From NCBI GenBank assembly GCA_044222185.1, contig JBGANV010000008.1:64001-128000 (forward strand): a DNA stretch of 64,000 nucleotides. Reading direction: 5' to 3'. The translations under genes were made by a program, and so were the position numbers. Below are positions 29,416 to 39,834 of this stretch, one piece after another (the stretch's first letter is position 1; every line of letters starts with the position of its first letter). This DNA comes from Planctomycetota bacterium (GTDB lineage Bacteria > Planctomycetota > GCA-002687715 > CAIWVZ01). The notes beneath the pieces were generated by a model, which was given only the letters and a program-made list of their open reading frames with translations, had not been told where the DNA came from and made no database searches.

Positions 29416-30981
29416 ATGCAGGCCAGCTTCCGCGAGCGTTGCACTTGGGTCGTTGCGTTGGTGATGTGTGGAGTTCTCTCGGCGAACGGTGCGGCGCAGG
29501 GTGGTGCCGTTTCCTTCCACGGCCCGTCGAGCTCGGACTCGCCGTACCTCGTCGGGATGCAGAAGGGGATGATCGTCGCGTCGATCCTCACGACGGGTGA
29601 TGCGATCACGGCGCCGACGGGCGGCGCGCCCTATCGCCTCGCCGGAATCCCCGACGGATGTGGCCTCTTCGGCAACGGCGATGGCACGTTCACCCTGCTC
29701 GTGAACCACGAGCTGAGCGCCGGGGTCGGCGTTCCGCACGCGCACAGCACGACGGGTGGCGGCGCGTTCATCTCCAAGTGGGTCATCCGCCAGCTCTACG
29801 GCAGCAGCTGTGGTTTCGACGTCGTGAGTGGCGAGGACCTCGTTCAACAGGTCGCGATGTGGAACGCGGCGACGTCGACCTACGACCCGCCGGCCCTCGG
29901 CGCGGTGTTCGATCGCTTCTGCTCCGCGGACCTGCCGGCGAAGAGCGCATTCAAGTTCGGCGCGTTCGGGTTCGACGGTCGCATCTTCATGAACGGAGAA
30001 GAGGCGAACGGCGGCCATGCGTGGGCTCACGTCGTCACGGGCGCCCCGGCGGGCACCTCGTACGAACTCCCGCGCCTCGGTCGCATGGCCTTCGAGAACG
30101 TCGTCGCCAACCCGGCCACGGGTCTGCGAACGGTCGTCGTCGCGCTCGATGACACGACGCCGGGCCAGGTCTACGTGTACGTCGGCACGAAGCAGAACTC
30201 GGGAAACCCGGTGCAGCGCGCCGGCCTCACCAATGGTTCGCTGTACGGCGTCGTGATCCCGGGCCAGCCGATCGAACCACGCGATCCGACGCCAGCTCTC
30301 ACGAGCCCGTTCTCGCTGGCACCCCTCGGCGACGTCACGGGTCAAACCTCGGCCCAGCTCGACGCCACGAGCGACGCGGCGGGCGTCACGCGCTTCCTGC
30401 GGCCGGAGGACGGCGCATGGGATCCGGAGAATCCCAACGACTTCTATTTCGTGACGACGGACCGCATCGATCAGGTGAAGGATGGGCTCGGCTCGCAGAT
30501 CGCTCGCAGCCGCTTGCGCCGCCTCCGATTCTTCGATCGCACGCAGCCCGAACTGGGCGGGACGATGGAGATCCTGCTGGACGGCACGGAAGCCCAGAAC
30601 ATGCTCGACAACATCACGATCGATCGCAGCGGACACGTGCTGATGCAGGAGGACACGGGCGGCTCGGCGCACAACGCCAAGGTCTGGCAGTACGACATCG
30701 CGACCGACACACTGAAGTTGCTGGCGATGCACGATCCGCTTCGCTTCGGCGACGTTTCGCTCGCCGCGAAGGCCCCGTTCAATCTGGACGAAGAGTCCTC
30801 CGGGATCATCGACGCGGGCGACGTCCTCGGCCGTGGCTGGTTCATCGCCGTGGTGCAGGCGCACTATCCCAAGAGCGATCCCTACGTGGTGGAAGGCGGG
30901 CAGATCCTCGCGATCTACGACCCCGACAGCGATTCGCGTCACCGCTCGGGCTTCAATCCTGACCTCTGCGACGGGAATTGA
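29416..30981 (+). CDS. PhoX/DUF839-like secreted phosphatase
   Basis: GIPDG.G, LVNHE, DRFCS, MNGEE, LGRMAFEN, RPEDGAWD, DNITI..MQED, ESSGI and VQAH motifs; GGAG RBS. Confidence 0.8.
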   Translation: MQASFRERCTWVVALVMCGVLSANGAAQGGAVSFHGPSSSDSPYLVGMQKGMIVASILTTGDAITAPTGGAPYRLAGIPDGCGLFGNGDGTFTLLVNHELSAGVGVPHAHSTTGGGAFISKWVIRQLYGSSCGFDVVSGEDLVQQVAMWNAATSTYDPPALGAVFDRFCSADLPAKSAFKFGAFGFDGRIFMNGEEANGGHAWAHVVTGAPAGTSYELPRLGRMAFENVVANPATGLRTVVVALDDTTPGQVYVYVGTKQNSGNPVQRAGLTNGSLYGVVIPGQPIEPRDPTPALTSPFSLAPLGDVTGQTSAQLDATSDAAGVTRFLRPEDGAWDPENPNDFYFVTTDRIDQVKDGLGSQIARSRLRRLRFFDRTQPELGGTMEILLDGTEAQNMLDNITIDRSGHVLMQEDTGGSAHNAKVWQYDIATDTLKLLAMHDPLRFGDVSLAAKAPFNLDEESSGIIDAGDVLGRGWFIAVVQAHYPKSDPYVVEGGQILAIYDPDSDSRHRSGFNPDLCDGN

Positions 30982-31348
30982 ACGACAACTCCCCACGGCA
31001 CGCATTCGGCACCCGGCGATTCGTCCCGGGTGCGCCGAGCGTCACCCGGACGATCGTCCACATCCCATCCGAGGTTCGGGCGGGAGAAAGCCGACCCGCA
31101 CGCGCCGACAACGCCTGAGTGGCGCTTGACCGAGGCGCTGATCGTTCACTAAGCTCACCCCCTCCCGACGTGCGCCCCTCGTTGGGCGCCGTGCCGTGGG
31201 CCGCTTCCGGTCGTCGCGTCGGTCATCGTTCGTTTCGATGTCCCCTGCATGCCATCGCCCGGAAGCGCTGCGCCGATTCGTGCGTTTTTTTGCAACACCC
31301 GTAGTGGCAGGGCCGTCGTCACGGACGACGCAGCCCCAGGAGCAACTC

Positions 31349-33088
31349 ATGTCGCGTAGTTTCTTTGCGTCAGCACTTGCGCTGTGCGTGCTCGGCGGAA
31401 CGGTCGCCGCGCAGTCCCAGAGCCTCCCGAACAACCTGCTCACCGTGGAGGCGTCGAGTTCGTCCTCCTTCCCGTTCAACACGGCGGCCGCGAGCCACAA
31501 GTGGCAATGGGTCTACGACTCCAGCCAGTTCGTCCTTCAGGCCCCGCAACTGATCACGCAGATCTACGTCCGCTCGAACGCGAATGCAGCGGTCGCCGCG
31601 TTCAACTTCCCGAGCGTCCGCATCGTGATGGCATCGAGCCCGAACAACTATGGCGTCGGCACGCCGCCGGCCGGACAGGACACGATCTTCGCCAACAACC
31701 TGTTCACGGATCAGCTCGAAGTTCGCGCAGCCACCCCCTGGACGGGCGGACCGGTTCCGCCAGCGGCCGTGGGTCCTGCGACCTTCTTCTCGCTCGGCAT
31801 CACGACGCCGTTCCTCTATGACCCGACGCAGGGTCGAGACCTCGTCATCCAGCTCGAGGTCTGCGGCGCGACGACGACCTGGGGTGCGGCCATCGACGGG
31901 CAGACCGGCGCAGCCGGCGCCGTCGGCGGCAACCGCTACGGCAACACGACGGCAGGCACGGGATGCTCGGCCGCGTCACGCAACTTCAACAACAACGAGT
32001 TCGTCCCGGTCGTGAAGATCGATTACGCGCCCGCCAACGTGCCGCCGCAATATCAGGTGAACCAGGCGGGCTCGAGCCTGGACCTCGACGGTTCGACGAG
32101 CGCCGCGTTCAATCCGATGACCGCCAGCCGGTGCGTGGGCGCCAACGCGACGCTCAACCTCGGCAGCAGCAGCTCGCTCCCGTGGGACCTGGGCCTCACC
32201 ATCGGTGCTTCGCTGGTCCCGGTCAGCGGCGGTGCGATCACCACGGGATCAGGGCAGATCGTGAACCTGAACCTCGTGCATCCGAGCCTCACGTTCCTGA
32301 ACGGCCTCGCGTTCGCGTTCCCGTTCGCGCCACTGAGCCTGCCGTTCTCCGTGCCGGCTCTCCCGTCGATCCAGGCGCAGATGGTGAACCTCAGCGCGAG
32401 CAACCCTGATGGGTTCACGCTCAGCGCCGGTCTGGATCTGAGCGCAACGGGAGGTACGGGGATCGCGTTCCCGGTTGCGGGACCGACGACCGATGACAGC
32501 GCCGTCTCGATCACCGTCGGCGGAAACACGCCGCCGAGCTGCGCCAACCTCGGCATCCCGTTCTACGGCGTCGTTCGCTCGACCATCCACGTGATCTCGA
32601 ATGGCCGCGTCTGCTTCGACACCGCCGACACCGACTTCTCGCCGACCGCGGCAGAAGCCCAGACTCGCACCTTCATCGGCGCCTGGATGGACCTGAACCC
32701 GGGCACGGCCGGCAGCGGCCAGATCGACGTCACGAACCCGGCACCCGGGATCGTGTCCGTCAATTACAACGGCGTCTGGCATTTCGGCGCGACGTCCGCG
32801 GCCAACTCCGTGACGTATCAGATCGTCTTCGACACGATCTCGGGCGCCATCGCCATGAACGGGCTCAGCGGCATCCTGCCTGGAACCGCGAGCGCCGAGT
32901 TCCTCGGCATGTCCCCCGGTGGAGCGGCGACGGACCTGGGCGCGACTCCGTTCACCATCGGTGGCACGATTCTCGGCACGGGCAATCAGATGATCTACGA
33001 GCTCAACGCCGCGATCGCGACTCCGGCGGTGAACACGCTCACCTGCATCCCGAACATGAACGGGAACTACGACGTCATCGGCTCGTGA
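31349..33088 (+). CDS. Secreted beta-rich surface protein of unknown function
   Basis: AGGAG RBS; signal ending VAA|Q; rich in T/G/N/P; C-terminal half (PFYG...VISNGRV.F...IGAWMDLNP) is nidogen-like. Confidence 0.75.
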   Translation: MSRSFFASALALCVLGGTVAAQSQSLPNNLLTVEASSSSSFPFNTAAASHKWQWVYDSSQFVLQAPQLITQIYVRSNANAAVAAFNFPSVRIVMASSPNNYGVGTPPAGQDTIFANNLFTDQLEVRAATPWTGGPVPPAAVGPATFFSLGITTPFLYDPTQGRDLVIQLEVCGATTTWGAAIDGQTGAAGAVGGNRYGNTTAGTGCSAASRNFNNNEFVPVVKIDYAPANVPPQYQVNQAGSSLDLDGSTSAAFNPMTASRCVGANATLNLGSSSSLPWDLGLTIGASLVPVSGGAITTGSGQIVNLNLVHPSLTFLNGLAFAFPFAPLSLPFSVPALPSIQAQMVNLSASNPDGFTLSAGLDLSATGGTGIAFPVAGPTTDDSAVSITVGGNTPPSCANLGIPFYGVVRSTIHVISNGRVCFDTADTDFSPTAAEAQTRTFIGAWMDLNPGTAGSGQIDVTNPAPGIVSVNYNGVWHFGATSAANSVTYQIVFDTISGAIAMNGLSGILPGTASAEFLGMSPGGAATDLGATPFTIGGTILGTGNQMIYELNAAIATPAVNTLTCIPNMNGNYDVIGS

Positions 33089-33105
33089 TGACGATCGGTG
33101 CTTGA

Positions 33106-33150
33106 GGCGACGGCCGGCCGGCAGCATGCTGGACCGGCCGTCGTCGTTTC
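33106..33150 (+). terminator. Possible intrinsic terminator hairpin
   Basis: GGCGACGGCCGG...CCGGCCGTCGTC followed by GTTT, just after the stop codon; the U-tract is weak. Confidence 0.3.
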
Positions 33151-33259
33151 GAACCCCTTCGATCGGCGAGGCTCGCCCCTCTCGGGACGTCTGAGTCGGG
33201 CCGGCGACGTGCCAGCAGACGCCGGCATCCGCGGAATTCGAACCCATGACGGTCGATCG

Positions 33260-33841
33260 ATGAGCCCGGTCTTTGCGCTGGTCGTCGCTGCGCTCGGCGT
33301 TCAGCGGCTCATCGAGCTGCGAATCAGTGCCACCCACGTGCGCGCCCTCGTGGCGCGCGGCGGGCGCGAACACGCGCCCTCGCACTTCGCATGGATGCGG
33401 GCGATGCACGTGTCGTGGTTCGCCGGCATGATCGCCGAGGTGGTCTTCGGTCGACGCCCGTTCATCCCTGCGCTCGCGTGGCCCATGGTGGGGGTTCTCC
33501 TCGTGGGCCAGGGCCTGCGAATGACGGCCATGCGAACCCTCGGTGCCCGCTGGTGCGTACGCGTCGTCACCCTCCCCGGCGAATCACCGGTTCGCCGCGG
33601 GATCTACCGTTACATCCGCCACCCCAACTACCTGGGTGTGATCCTGGAAATCACCGCCGTGCCGCTGATCCAAACGGCCTGGGTGACGTCGGTCGTCTTC
33701 ACCCTCATGAACGCTCTGATCCTGGTGTGGAGAATCCGAATCGAGGAGGCATCGCTCGAGTCGGACAACGCCTACTGCGCGGCATTTGCGGGCGTCCCGC
33801 GGCTCCTGCCGCTGGGCCGGCGCGATCCGCCGTCGGGGTGA
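33260..33841 (+). CDS. Isoprenylcysteine carboxyl methyltransferase family protein (BpsB/SrsB-like)
   Basis: QRLIEL, TLGARW, GIYRYIRHPNYLGV and RIRIEE motifs. Confidence 0.88.
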   Translation: MSPVFALVVAALGVQRLIELRISATHVRALVARGGREHAPSHFAWMRAMHVSWFAGMIAEVVFGRRPFIPALAWPMVGVLLVGQGLRMTAMRTLGARWCVRVVTLPGESPVRRGIYRYIRHPNYLGVILEITAVPLIQTAWVTSVVFTLMNALILVWRIRIEEASLESDNAYCAAFAGVPRLLPLGRRDPPSG

Positions 33842-33974
33842 CCCGACGACCGGCTCCGACGGGTTCCGAGGCATCGGACGCCGGCGACGACCGAGCTTGC
33901 ACTTCCCGCGGTTCGGGACTACGTTTGCCCCAAGCCGTTTTCCGACCGATCGTGTGAAATCCAGGAGTTGCCTC

Positions 33975-35150
33975 ATGAAAGCCTGCCGCCTCAAGGTCGC
34001 CGCACTCGTTCTCGCACTCTCGACCGTGTCGTTCTCACAGTTCTCGCTAACGACGACATTCGCTGGCGGCAACGGCCAGAACGGCGTCATGTTCGACATC
34101 GTCGCGCTCTCGACGGTGCTCATCACGTCATTCGACTGCAGCATCGCGGCCGGGACGACGCAGACGATCGAGATCTGGACACACTCCGGAACGTGGGTCG
34201 GGACGGAGAACAGCTCGGTCGGCTGGACGCAACTCGGAGTCGTCCCTGGCGTCGTCTCTGCTGGGACGAACCTGCCGACGCCGATTCCGCTGCCGCTCTC
34301 CCAACTGATCTCCGGCGGGCAGACCCAGGCCTTCTACATCACGAACACCAGCGGAACGATGGCCTACACCAACGGAACGGCCGTTGGAGCGGTCTATGCC
34401 CAGGACACGTTCATCCAATTCCTCCAGGGCTGCGGAAAGGTGTACCCGTTCGGCGGAACGTTCACTCCCCGCGTCTTCAACGGAGTGATCCATTACCAGC
34501 CGGGCACGGGGTTGTTCGCGAACTTCAGCGCCACCGGCGCCTCCGGACCGGCGCCCCGGACGGTGAACTTCACGGACCTTTCCTACTCGAGTGATCCCGC
34601 GGGCGTTCAATCCTGGGCATGGGACTTCGAGAACGACGGCATCATCGATTCGTTCCAACAGAACCCGTCGTTCGTCTACGTCACGCCGGGCACCTACACC
34701 GTGGCGCTCACGGTCACGGACGCGTCGTTCCCGGCCAGCACGATCGTCAAGACGAACTTCGTCACCGTCGGCCAATACGTGTTCGACGTGCAGACGACCG
34801 GCAGCGGAGTCGGCGATCTCGTGATCAACGGCATACCCTCGATCGGCGCCCCGACGGCGGCTCAAGGGTTCACCCTGCTGAGCTTCGTGCATGCCAATCC
34901 CGTCGGTATCGGACCGTTCTTCGGGCTCATCCCCGACCCCACGACGATCTCGATCCTGCAGGCTCCGCCCGCCGTCGGGAACCCACTCCACTACTTCAAC
35001 GCGCCTGGGCTCTACCCCGAAGTGCCGTTGACCGCTCCGGCCGGCGCGCTTTCGTTCCTTGCGGGCGTGACCGTCGACTTCGTCCAGGTCGGGCTCACGG
35101 CGGGCTACAACCTGGTCTTCGTGAGCAACGCCGACTCGGTCACGTTCTGA
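33975..35150 (+). CDS. Secreted PKD-domain protein
   Basis: Signal peptide; PKD motif VNFTDLS..SWAWDFENDG...QNPSFVY.TPGTYTVALTV. Confidence 0.82.
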   Translation: MKACRLKVAALVLALSTVSFSQFSLTTTFAGGNGQNGVMFDIVALSTVLITSFDCSIAAGTTQTIEIWTHSGTWVGTENSSVGWTQLGVVPGVVSAGTNLPTPIPLPLSQLISGGQTQAFYITNTSGTMAYTNGTAVGAVYAQDTFIQFLQGCGKVYPFGGTFTPRVFNGVIHYQPGTGLFANFSATGASGPAPRTVNFTDLSYSSDPAGVQSWAWDFENDGIIDSFQQNPSFVYVTPGTYTVALTVTDASFPASTIVKTNFVTVGQYVFDVQTTGSGVGDLVINGIPSIGAPTAAQGFTLLSFVHANPVGIGPFFGLIPDPTTISILQAPPAVGNPLHYFNAPGLYPEVPLTAPAGALSFLAGVTVDFVQVGLTAGYNLVFVSNADSVTF

Positions 35151-35201
35151 TCGCACCGCGGAGGTTCGGCCGCCGCGCAGCGAGCGCGGCGGTGAACGCC
35201 G

Positions 35202-37952
35202 TCACTTCGTCTCGCGCTCGATGACGAGACGGCCACGCAGGCCGTCGTTCTCGAACGTCAGTCCCGCACGCGCACGCCGCAGTCCTTCGAGGGCCTTGGG
35301 CCTGGCGGGCCCCGGTCGCGTGTCGGTCGGGTGGCCATAGAACTCCGACACGATCCCGTGCGCAGCGTCGACGACGTACCGGCCGCCCGCCGGGTCCGAG
35401 AGGCGAAGCTTGAAGAGCTTCTCGTGAACGGCGACCGGGTCCTCATCCGGGAACAGGCGGCGCCACTCGGAGAGGATCGGGAGCGCGGACCACGCGAGAT
35501 CAGCCTGCCGGCGTGACTCACGCTCGCCGTCCAACCGCATCAGGAGATCGACCAGGTTGCGATCGACGTGGATCGCCGCGTGGTCGCCGAGCCACGGAGT
35601 CGCTGGCTTGGAGTCCGGCGCGCGGCGGTCCAGCACGCGGTCGAGGGCGCGGTGGAGGACGTCCTTGCGGAGTGCGACGAACAACGTGTGATCGGCGATC
35701 GCGTAATGCAGCGCGCTGGGTTCTCGGCCGATGAAGCCCTCGGAAGCCTCGAGCGTCATGGTTTCGAAGTCCCCATGGCGATCCTTCGTCCAGCGGACGG
35801 TTCCGAGCCCCATTTCGTTCGTCACCGCTCGAATGCCGGTGAGGAACGCGACGAGGGCGACCGGGTCCTTGACCTCGGCCGTGAGGAGCAGCGGTAGCTG
35901 CATCAACTGCTCGGACTGTGGGTCCGCGGTGCCGTGAGCGAAGATCTTGTCGAGGATCGGATCCGTGTCGAGCGCCACCGAGATTCCGCCCTTCAGCCAG
36001 GAGAGCGCGACGGACTCGAGGCCGGGCAGGAGCCGCTCGGCGCGTCTCGGCCAGTCGCTGAACGCCCCGGCGGCGGGATCGAGCGCGACGACGAACTGCA
36101 CGACGGCCGAGTCATGTGGGTCGCAGCCCGTGGGACTGATGCGCGCGCCGCGGCAGAACTCCATGAGGTCTCGATAATCGCTGATCGCGACGAGCGGCAT
36201 CACGGTCACGTCGAGGCTCATCCGCCCCGCCTCGAAGCCGAGCCGCATGGCGATGGGATCGAAGTACTGCGCCCAGCGACGTTGATAGGCGTCCCGGAAC
36301 TGGGCGTAGGCGTCCACCTCGGACTGCGTCGCCTTCTCGATCTCGAGTTCGAGGATCGGGCGCAGGAACCGCAGGTTGCCGTAGGTGCCGGAATGGACAC
36401 CCTCGGCCGTGAACGACAGCGCTCCCAATCCCTCCGGCATGCCTTCGGCGGGCACGGGACCCGCCGACACGCGAACGATGGCTTGCGCCGCGCGCGCAGT
36501 GATCTCCGCGAGCTGCGCCGCCGCACGCGTGCGCCGCGAATCGCCGATGCGCCAGCGCGGGCTGCACCATCGGCGGATCGTCGCATCCGTGAGGAGGATG
36601 AACGCCGACTCGTCGGCGGCGCCGCGCGCATAACGATCACGGAAGAAGGTGTACTCGAGGGAGGCCGCGAGCGACGACTCCGGGGTCGCCGACGTGCGGA
36701 CGACGCGATCGAGCTGCGCCGTCGAATTCGTCACGACGACGGCGTGACCGAAGACGGCGACGAACGAGGAGAGTCCCCGATCCTTCGTCGCGACGCCGAA
36801 GTACTTCTTGCCTGCGAGTTCCCCTTCGACCGGGGCTGCATCCGGTCGCCCCTTCGCGGCGGCCGCGTGACGCGCCGTGAACTCGGCGGCGAGGAGGTCG
36901 GGACGCGCGCATTCGAACAGGACGGCCACGTCGGTCCCCGTGCTGAAATACGGGTCGGAGCCGGTGATCGCCACGCTCGTCACCGTCGCGCCTGCCGGGG
37001 ACCCGGCGAGGTTCGCGACCGACACCGCGAGCTGACGCTCGTAGAAACTCCGGGCGCCCGAGTCCTCGCAGCGCTCCTCGTAGCCCCAAAGGATCGGACG
37101 GCCCGCGCCCTCGAGCTCATCCAGCGTCACCGAGAGAGCCTGCAGGCTCGGGAAGAACGCCGCGTGCTGATCTTCGGGGATGAGGCTCGCGAGCGCGTCC
37201 TTCGCGGGTTTCAGCGTGGCCGTCAGCGGTTTCCAATCGAAGCTGGCCGTCGTGATTCCCGGCATCGACCAGACCATGACCGACGGTGTCCCCCCGTCGA
37301 TCGGCGCGAGGGCGCGATCGAGACGGAGGTTCTCCGCGACGGCGCGGCCGCCGGAGAAGAAGTCGTAGGTGTCGTAGGCGTCATCGCCCGAATCAGCGCG
37401 CCCGGTCATCAACATGCGACGGGACCGCGCATCCGGAGTCGCCGGTTGCGGCGGGAGTTCGCGCGCGATTTCCGCGAGCCGGTGGCGGAACCAGGCCGAG
37501 CCAGGAACTCGGGCGTCCAGGAGCGCTCGGAAGCGCGTCCGCGCGGCCTCGAGGAACTGTGCGCGCGTCGCATTCCCGAGCCGGGCGGCGGGGACTCGGG
37601 ACTGGATTTGCTGCGCGGTCGTGCCCGGCCGGCGTCCCGGCAACGTCAGCGTCACCGGGACGTCGCGTCCGGGTTCGGAGCGGAGGAACAGCGTCGCCGT
37701 GATGCGCGTTTCACCTTCCCACTCGGGCCACACGAGCGCGGCCTCTGCGGGTGCCATCACGTCGGCACGCACGATGACCATCCGCTCTCCCGATGACATC
37801 CAGCGGTCGTCGTATTCACCCCACTTGTCGCTCACGTGCTCCACGTCCGTGAGACGAATCGCCGTGTAGACCTCGGCCGGCCTCGAGTCCTGCGGCAGCG
37901 CCGCAGCACAGAGTGCCAAGACCCACACGCTCACGCTGATGACGCTGCGCAT
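35202..37952 (-). CDS. Large secreted hypothetical protein
   Basis: GAGGAG RBS; signal ending AAALP|QDS; 916 aa with host-like codon usage. Confidence 0.75.
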   Translation of the reverse strand: MRSVISVSVWVLALCAAALPQDSRPAEVYTAIRLTDVEHVSDKWGEYDDRWMSSGERMVIVRADVMAPAEAALVWPEWEGETRITATLFLRSEPGRDVPVTLTLPGRRPGTTAQQIQSRVPAARLGNATRAQFLEAARTRFRALLDARVPGSAWFRHRLAEIARELPPQPATPDARSRRMLMTGRADSGDDAYDTYDFFSGGRAVAENLRLDRALAPIDGGTPSVMVWSMPGITTASFDWKPLTATLKPAKDALASLIPEDQHAAFFPSLQALSVTLDELEGAGRPILWGYEERCEDSGARSFYERQLAVSVANLAGSPAGATVTSVAITGSDPYFSTGTDVAVLFECARPDLLAAEFTARHAAAAKGRPDAAPVEGELAGKKYFGVATKDRGLSSFVAVFGHAVVVTNSTAQLDRVVRTSATPESSLAASLEYTFFRDRYARGAADESAFILLTDATIRRWCSPRWRIGDSRRTRAAAQLAEITARAAQAIVRVSAGPVPAEGMPEGLGALSFTAEGVHSGTYGNLRFLRPILELEIEKATQSEVDAYAQFRDAYQRRWAQYFDPIAMRLGFEAGRMSLDVTVMPLVAISDYRDLMEFCRGARISPTGCDPHDSAVVQFVVALDPAAGAFSDWPRRAERLLPGLESVALSWLKGGISVALDTDPILDKIFAHGTADPQSEQLMQLPLLLTAEVKDPVALVAFLTGIRAVTNEMGLGTVRWTKDRHGDFETMTLEASEGFIGREPSALHYAIADHTLFVALRKDVLHRALDRVLDRRAPDSKPATPWLGDHAAIHVDRNLVDLLMRLDGERESRRQADLAWSALPILSEWRRLFPDEDPVAVHEKLFKLRLSDPAGGRYVVDAAHGIVSEFYGHPTDTRPGPARPKALEGLRRARAGLTFENDGLRGRLVIERETK

Positions 37953-38002
37953 TCGCTCGACTCCTCGCTGATCGGATCCGGACATCCCCGCTGCCTGACG
38001 CG

Positions 38003-38065
38003 GATCGCCTGTGTGACCGTCGACCGCGCGCCCGCGCCCGACGCGTAGGCTACCCGCGCCCGCCA
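38003..38065 (-). repeat. Duplicated upstream module (promoter/leader-like), copy 1
   Basis: Matches 39157-39219; contains GGTAGCCT on the minus strand. Confidence 0.7.
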
Positions 38066-38089
38066 GCGGCCGCACGATTCGACCCACCC

Positions 38090-38320
38090 GGAGCGCCGGT
38101 CCTCGGCCGTCTCGGCCGGGACCGGCCGGATCGCCGCGCGTCTCGCGCGGGCCAACCGGCGTTGATCGTGGTTCGGTGCGAGATCAACTACGTCGGCATG
38201 ATCCTCGAACGGAACGCGGCACGGCGACGCCCGCGGGACCGGACGCCTCGGCTTCGCCTCGGTCGTCCGGCGATCCGGCCGGTCGCGCCGTCGCTGTCGC
38301 GACGGGTCGACCGGCGCTCC
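38090..38320. repeat. Inverted doublet of two-hairpin REP-like elements (A plus, B minus)
   Basis: GGAGC tags at 38090 (+) and 38320 (-); both carry a CGGATCG linker between two stems. Confidence 0.82.
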
Positions 38321-38390
38321 CCCCTGCGGACTTTCGATCCGCAACACGCGTCCGCCGCCGCCGACGACGTTCGTTCCTCTTCAACCTGGA

Positions 38391-38510
38391 TCGGGCCGAG
38401 GAGCGCCAGTCCTCCGCCGCCTCGGCGGGGACTGGCCGGTTCGCCGCGCGTCTCGCGCGGTCCGGCGTGCGTCAATCCGCGGGCGACCCGATGATGACCG
38501 TCACCCGTGC
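38391..38510 (+). repeat. 120-bp direct repeat, left copy (contains an A-type element)
   Basis: 5 mismatches in 120 nt against 40535-40654 by manual alignment. Confidence 0.9.
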
Positions 38511-38573
38511 GCTCCGTCGAAACGCCCGTTCCGACGCCCGGCTCGTTCGGCCTCTCAACCTTCGAGTGATTCC

Positions 38574-39056
38574 TCACACCTCGCGCCCCATCGGGTCGGT
38601 CTCGAGGACCGATTCATGTAGTCCCCCGATCGGCTCGATCGGTTTGCCATCAGCATCGACGGTGAACAGTCGCCACGCGACGTCGGCCGCGTCGGGCTCG
38701 AGGGTCCCAGGATCTTCGAGCAAGTAGCAGAGGTCGAACAGCGCTCGCGCTTGAACCCAACGAACGAGCGTCGACAGCTCCGCATCCGTCGCGCCTCGAT
38801 CGCGCAGTGACTTCGCCGCATGGCCCACACCAGCAAACGGCGCCGTCGGCGCCGCGGCCGCGGTCTCGATCTGACGATCGATCCACGCAGCGTCGTTCTC
38901 GGCGACGACTCCACGCCACGCCTGGCGCAAGAACAGATATCGAGCCATTTGGTTGATCCCCTCAGTCACCTGCGAGCGCGCCCACTGCTCCGGGTCCCGC
39001 GCGCCGAGCGCACGGAAGCGGGAGGCAAGATCCCGAATGTCAACGTCGTCGCTCAT
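38574..39056 (-). CDS. Hypothetical protein
   Basis: 160-aa ORF with GGAGG RBS; ends GGLHESVLETDPMGREV. Confidence 0.7.
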   Translation of the reverse strand: MSDDVDIRDLASRFRALGARDPEQWARSQVTEGINQMARYLFLRQAWRGVVAENDAAWIDRQIETAAAAPTAPFAGVGHAAKSLRDRGATDAELSTLVRWVQARALFDLCYLLEDPGTLEPDAADVAWRLFTVDADGKPIEPIGGLHESVLETDPMGREV

Positions 39057-39156
39057 CCTGCCCTCCGTCCCGCCTCGATGTGCGAGGGTCGAACTGCGTT
39101 ACTCGCTCCGATGATCCGATCGGGCACTGCTGCCACGATACTCCGCGCGACGGCTC

Positions 39157-39219
39157 GATCACCCATGCGACCGTCGACCGCGCTCCCGCAGTCGACGCCG
39201 AGGCTACCCGCGCCCGCCA
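39157..39219 (-). repeat. Duplicated upstream module, copy 2
   Basis: Matches 38003-38065. Confidence 0.7.
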
Positions 39220-39262
39220 TGGCCGGGCAATCGAGTCTCTTAGTCAGAGCTCATCCGCAACG

Positions 39263-39682
39263 TCAGGCGTTCGACATCCCCGCAACGGCCGTCGACGCGA
39301 TCGCCATCGCTGCGAGGCCTGAGACTGCGCTCCCGGTCAGCAACCGAGCAATGCGCAGCGAAGGCAAAGAAGTCGTCCATCGAGGGAGCATCGGTGGAAT
39401 CACGAGCGTCACCGCGAGCACAGCGGCGCTCGTCCCTGCCGTCAGCACACCGAACGCGTCGCTCCATCGCCCGGGGTGGTAGTAGATCACCACGTACCAG
39501 GCAGCGGTCATCATCGAGGATGCGCACAGAACGACGCAAACGGTGAGGTCGCGGTGCCGAGGGGCCTTCCGTTCAGGAGTCGGCCGAGTGCGCGCAACGG
39601 CGATGGCGGCGAGAACTGAAGCGACGAGACTGACCAGGGCCACGCCGGCACCGATCGTGAGCAGGCTGATGACGACGCTCAT
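39263..39682 (-). CDS. Hypothetical 4-TM membrane protein
   Basis: Four hydrophobic segments; TAGACT box 9 nt above the ATG. Confidence 0.55.
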   Translation of the reverse strand: MSVVISLLTIGAGVALVSLVASVLAAIAVARTRPTPERKAPRHRDLTVCVVLCASSMMTAAWYVVIYYHPGRWSDAFGVLTAGTSAAVLAVTLVIPPMLPRWTTSLPSLRIARLLTGSAVSGLAAMAIASTAVAGMSNA

Positions 39683-39834
39683 GTCCGCTTGAGTCTATCC
39701 GTCGGGGACGCCAATCCGGCGATCGAAAGCGTGCCGGCGGAGTGCGGCCATCGGGGGGGCGTGGATCAGAGGATCGTGCTGACGGGACGCCCATCACAGC
39801 CCACGTGGGTTCGGTGATACGCTGCCCACCTGAC

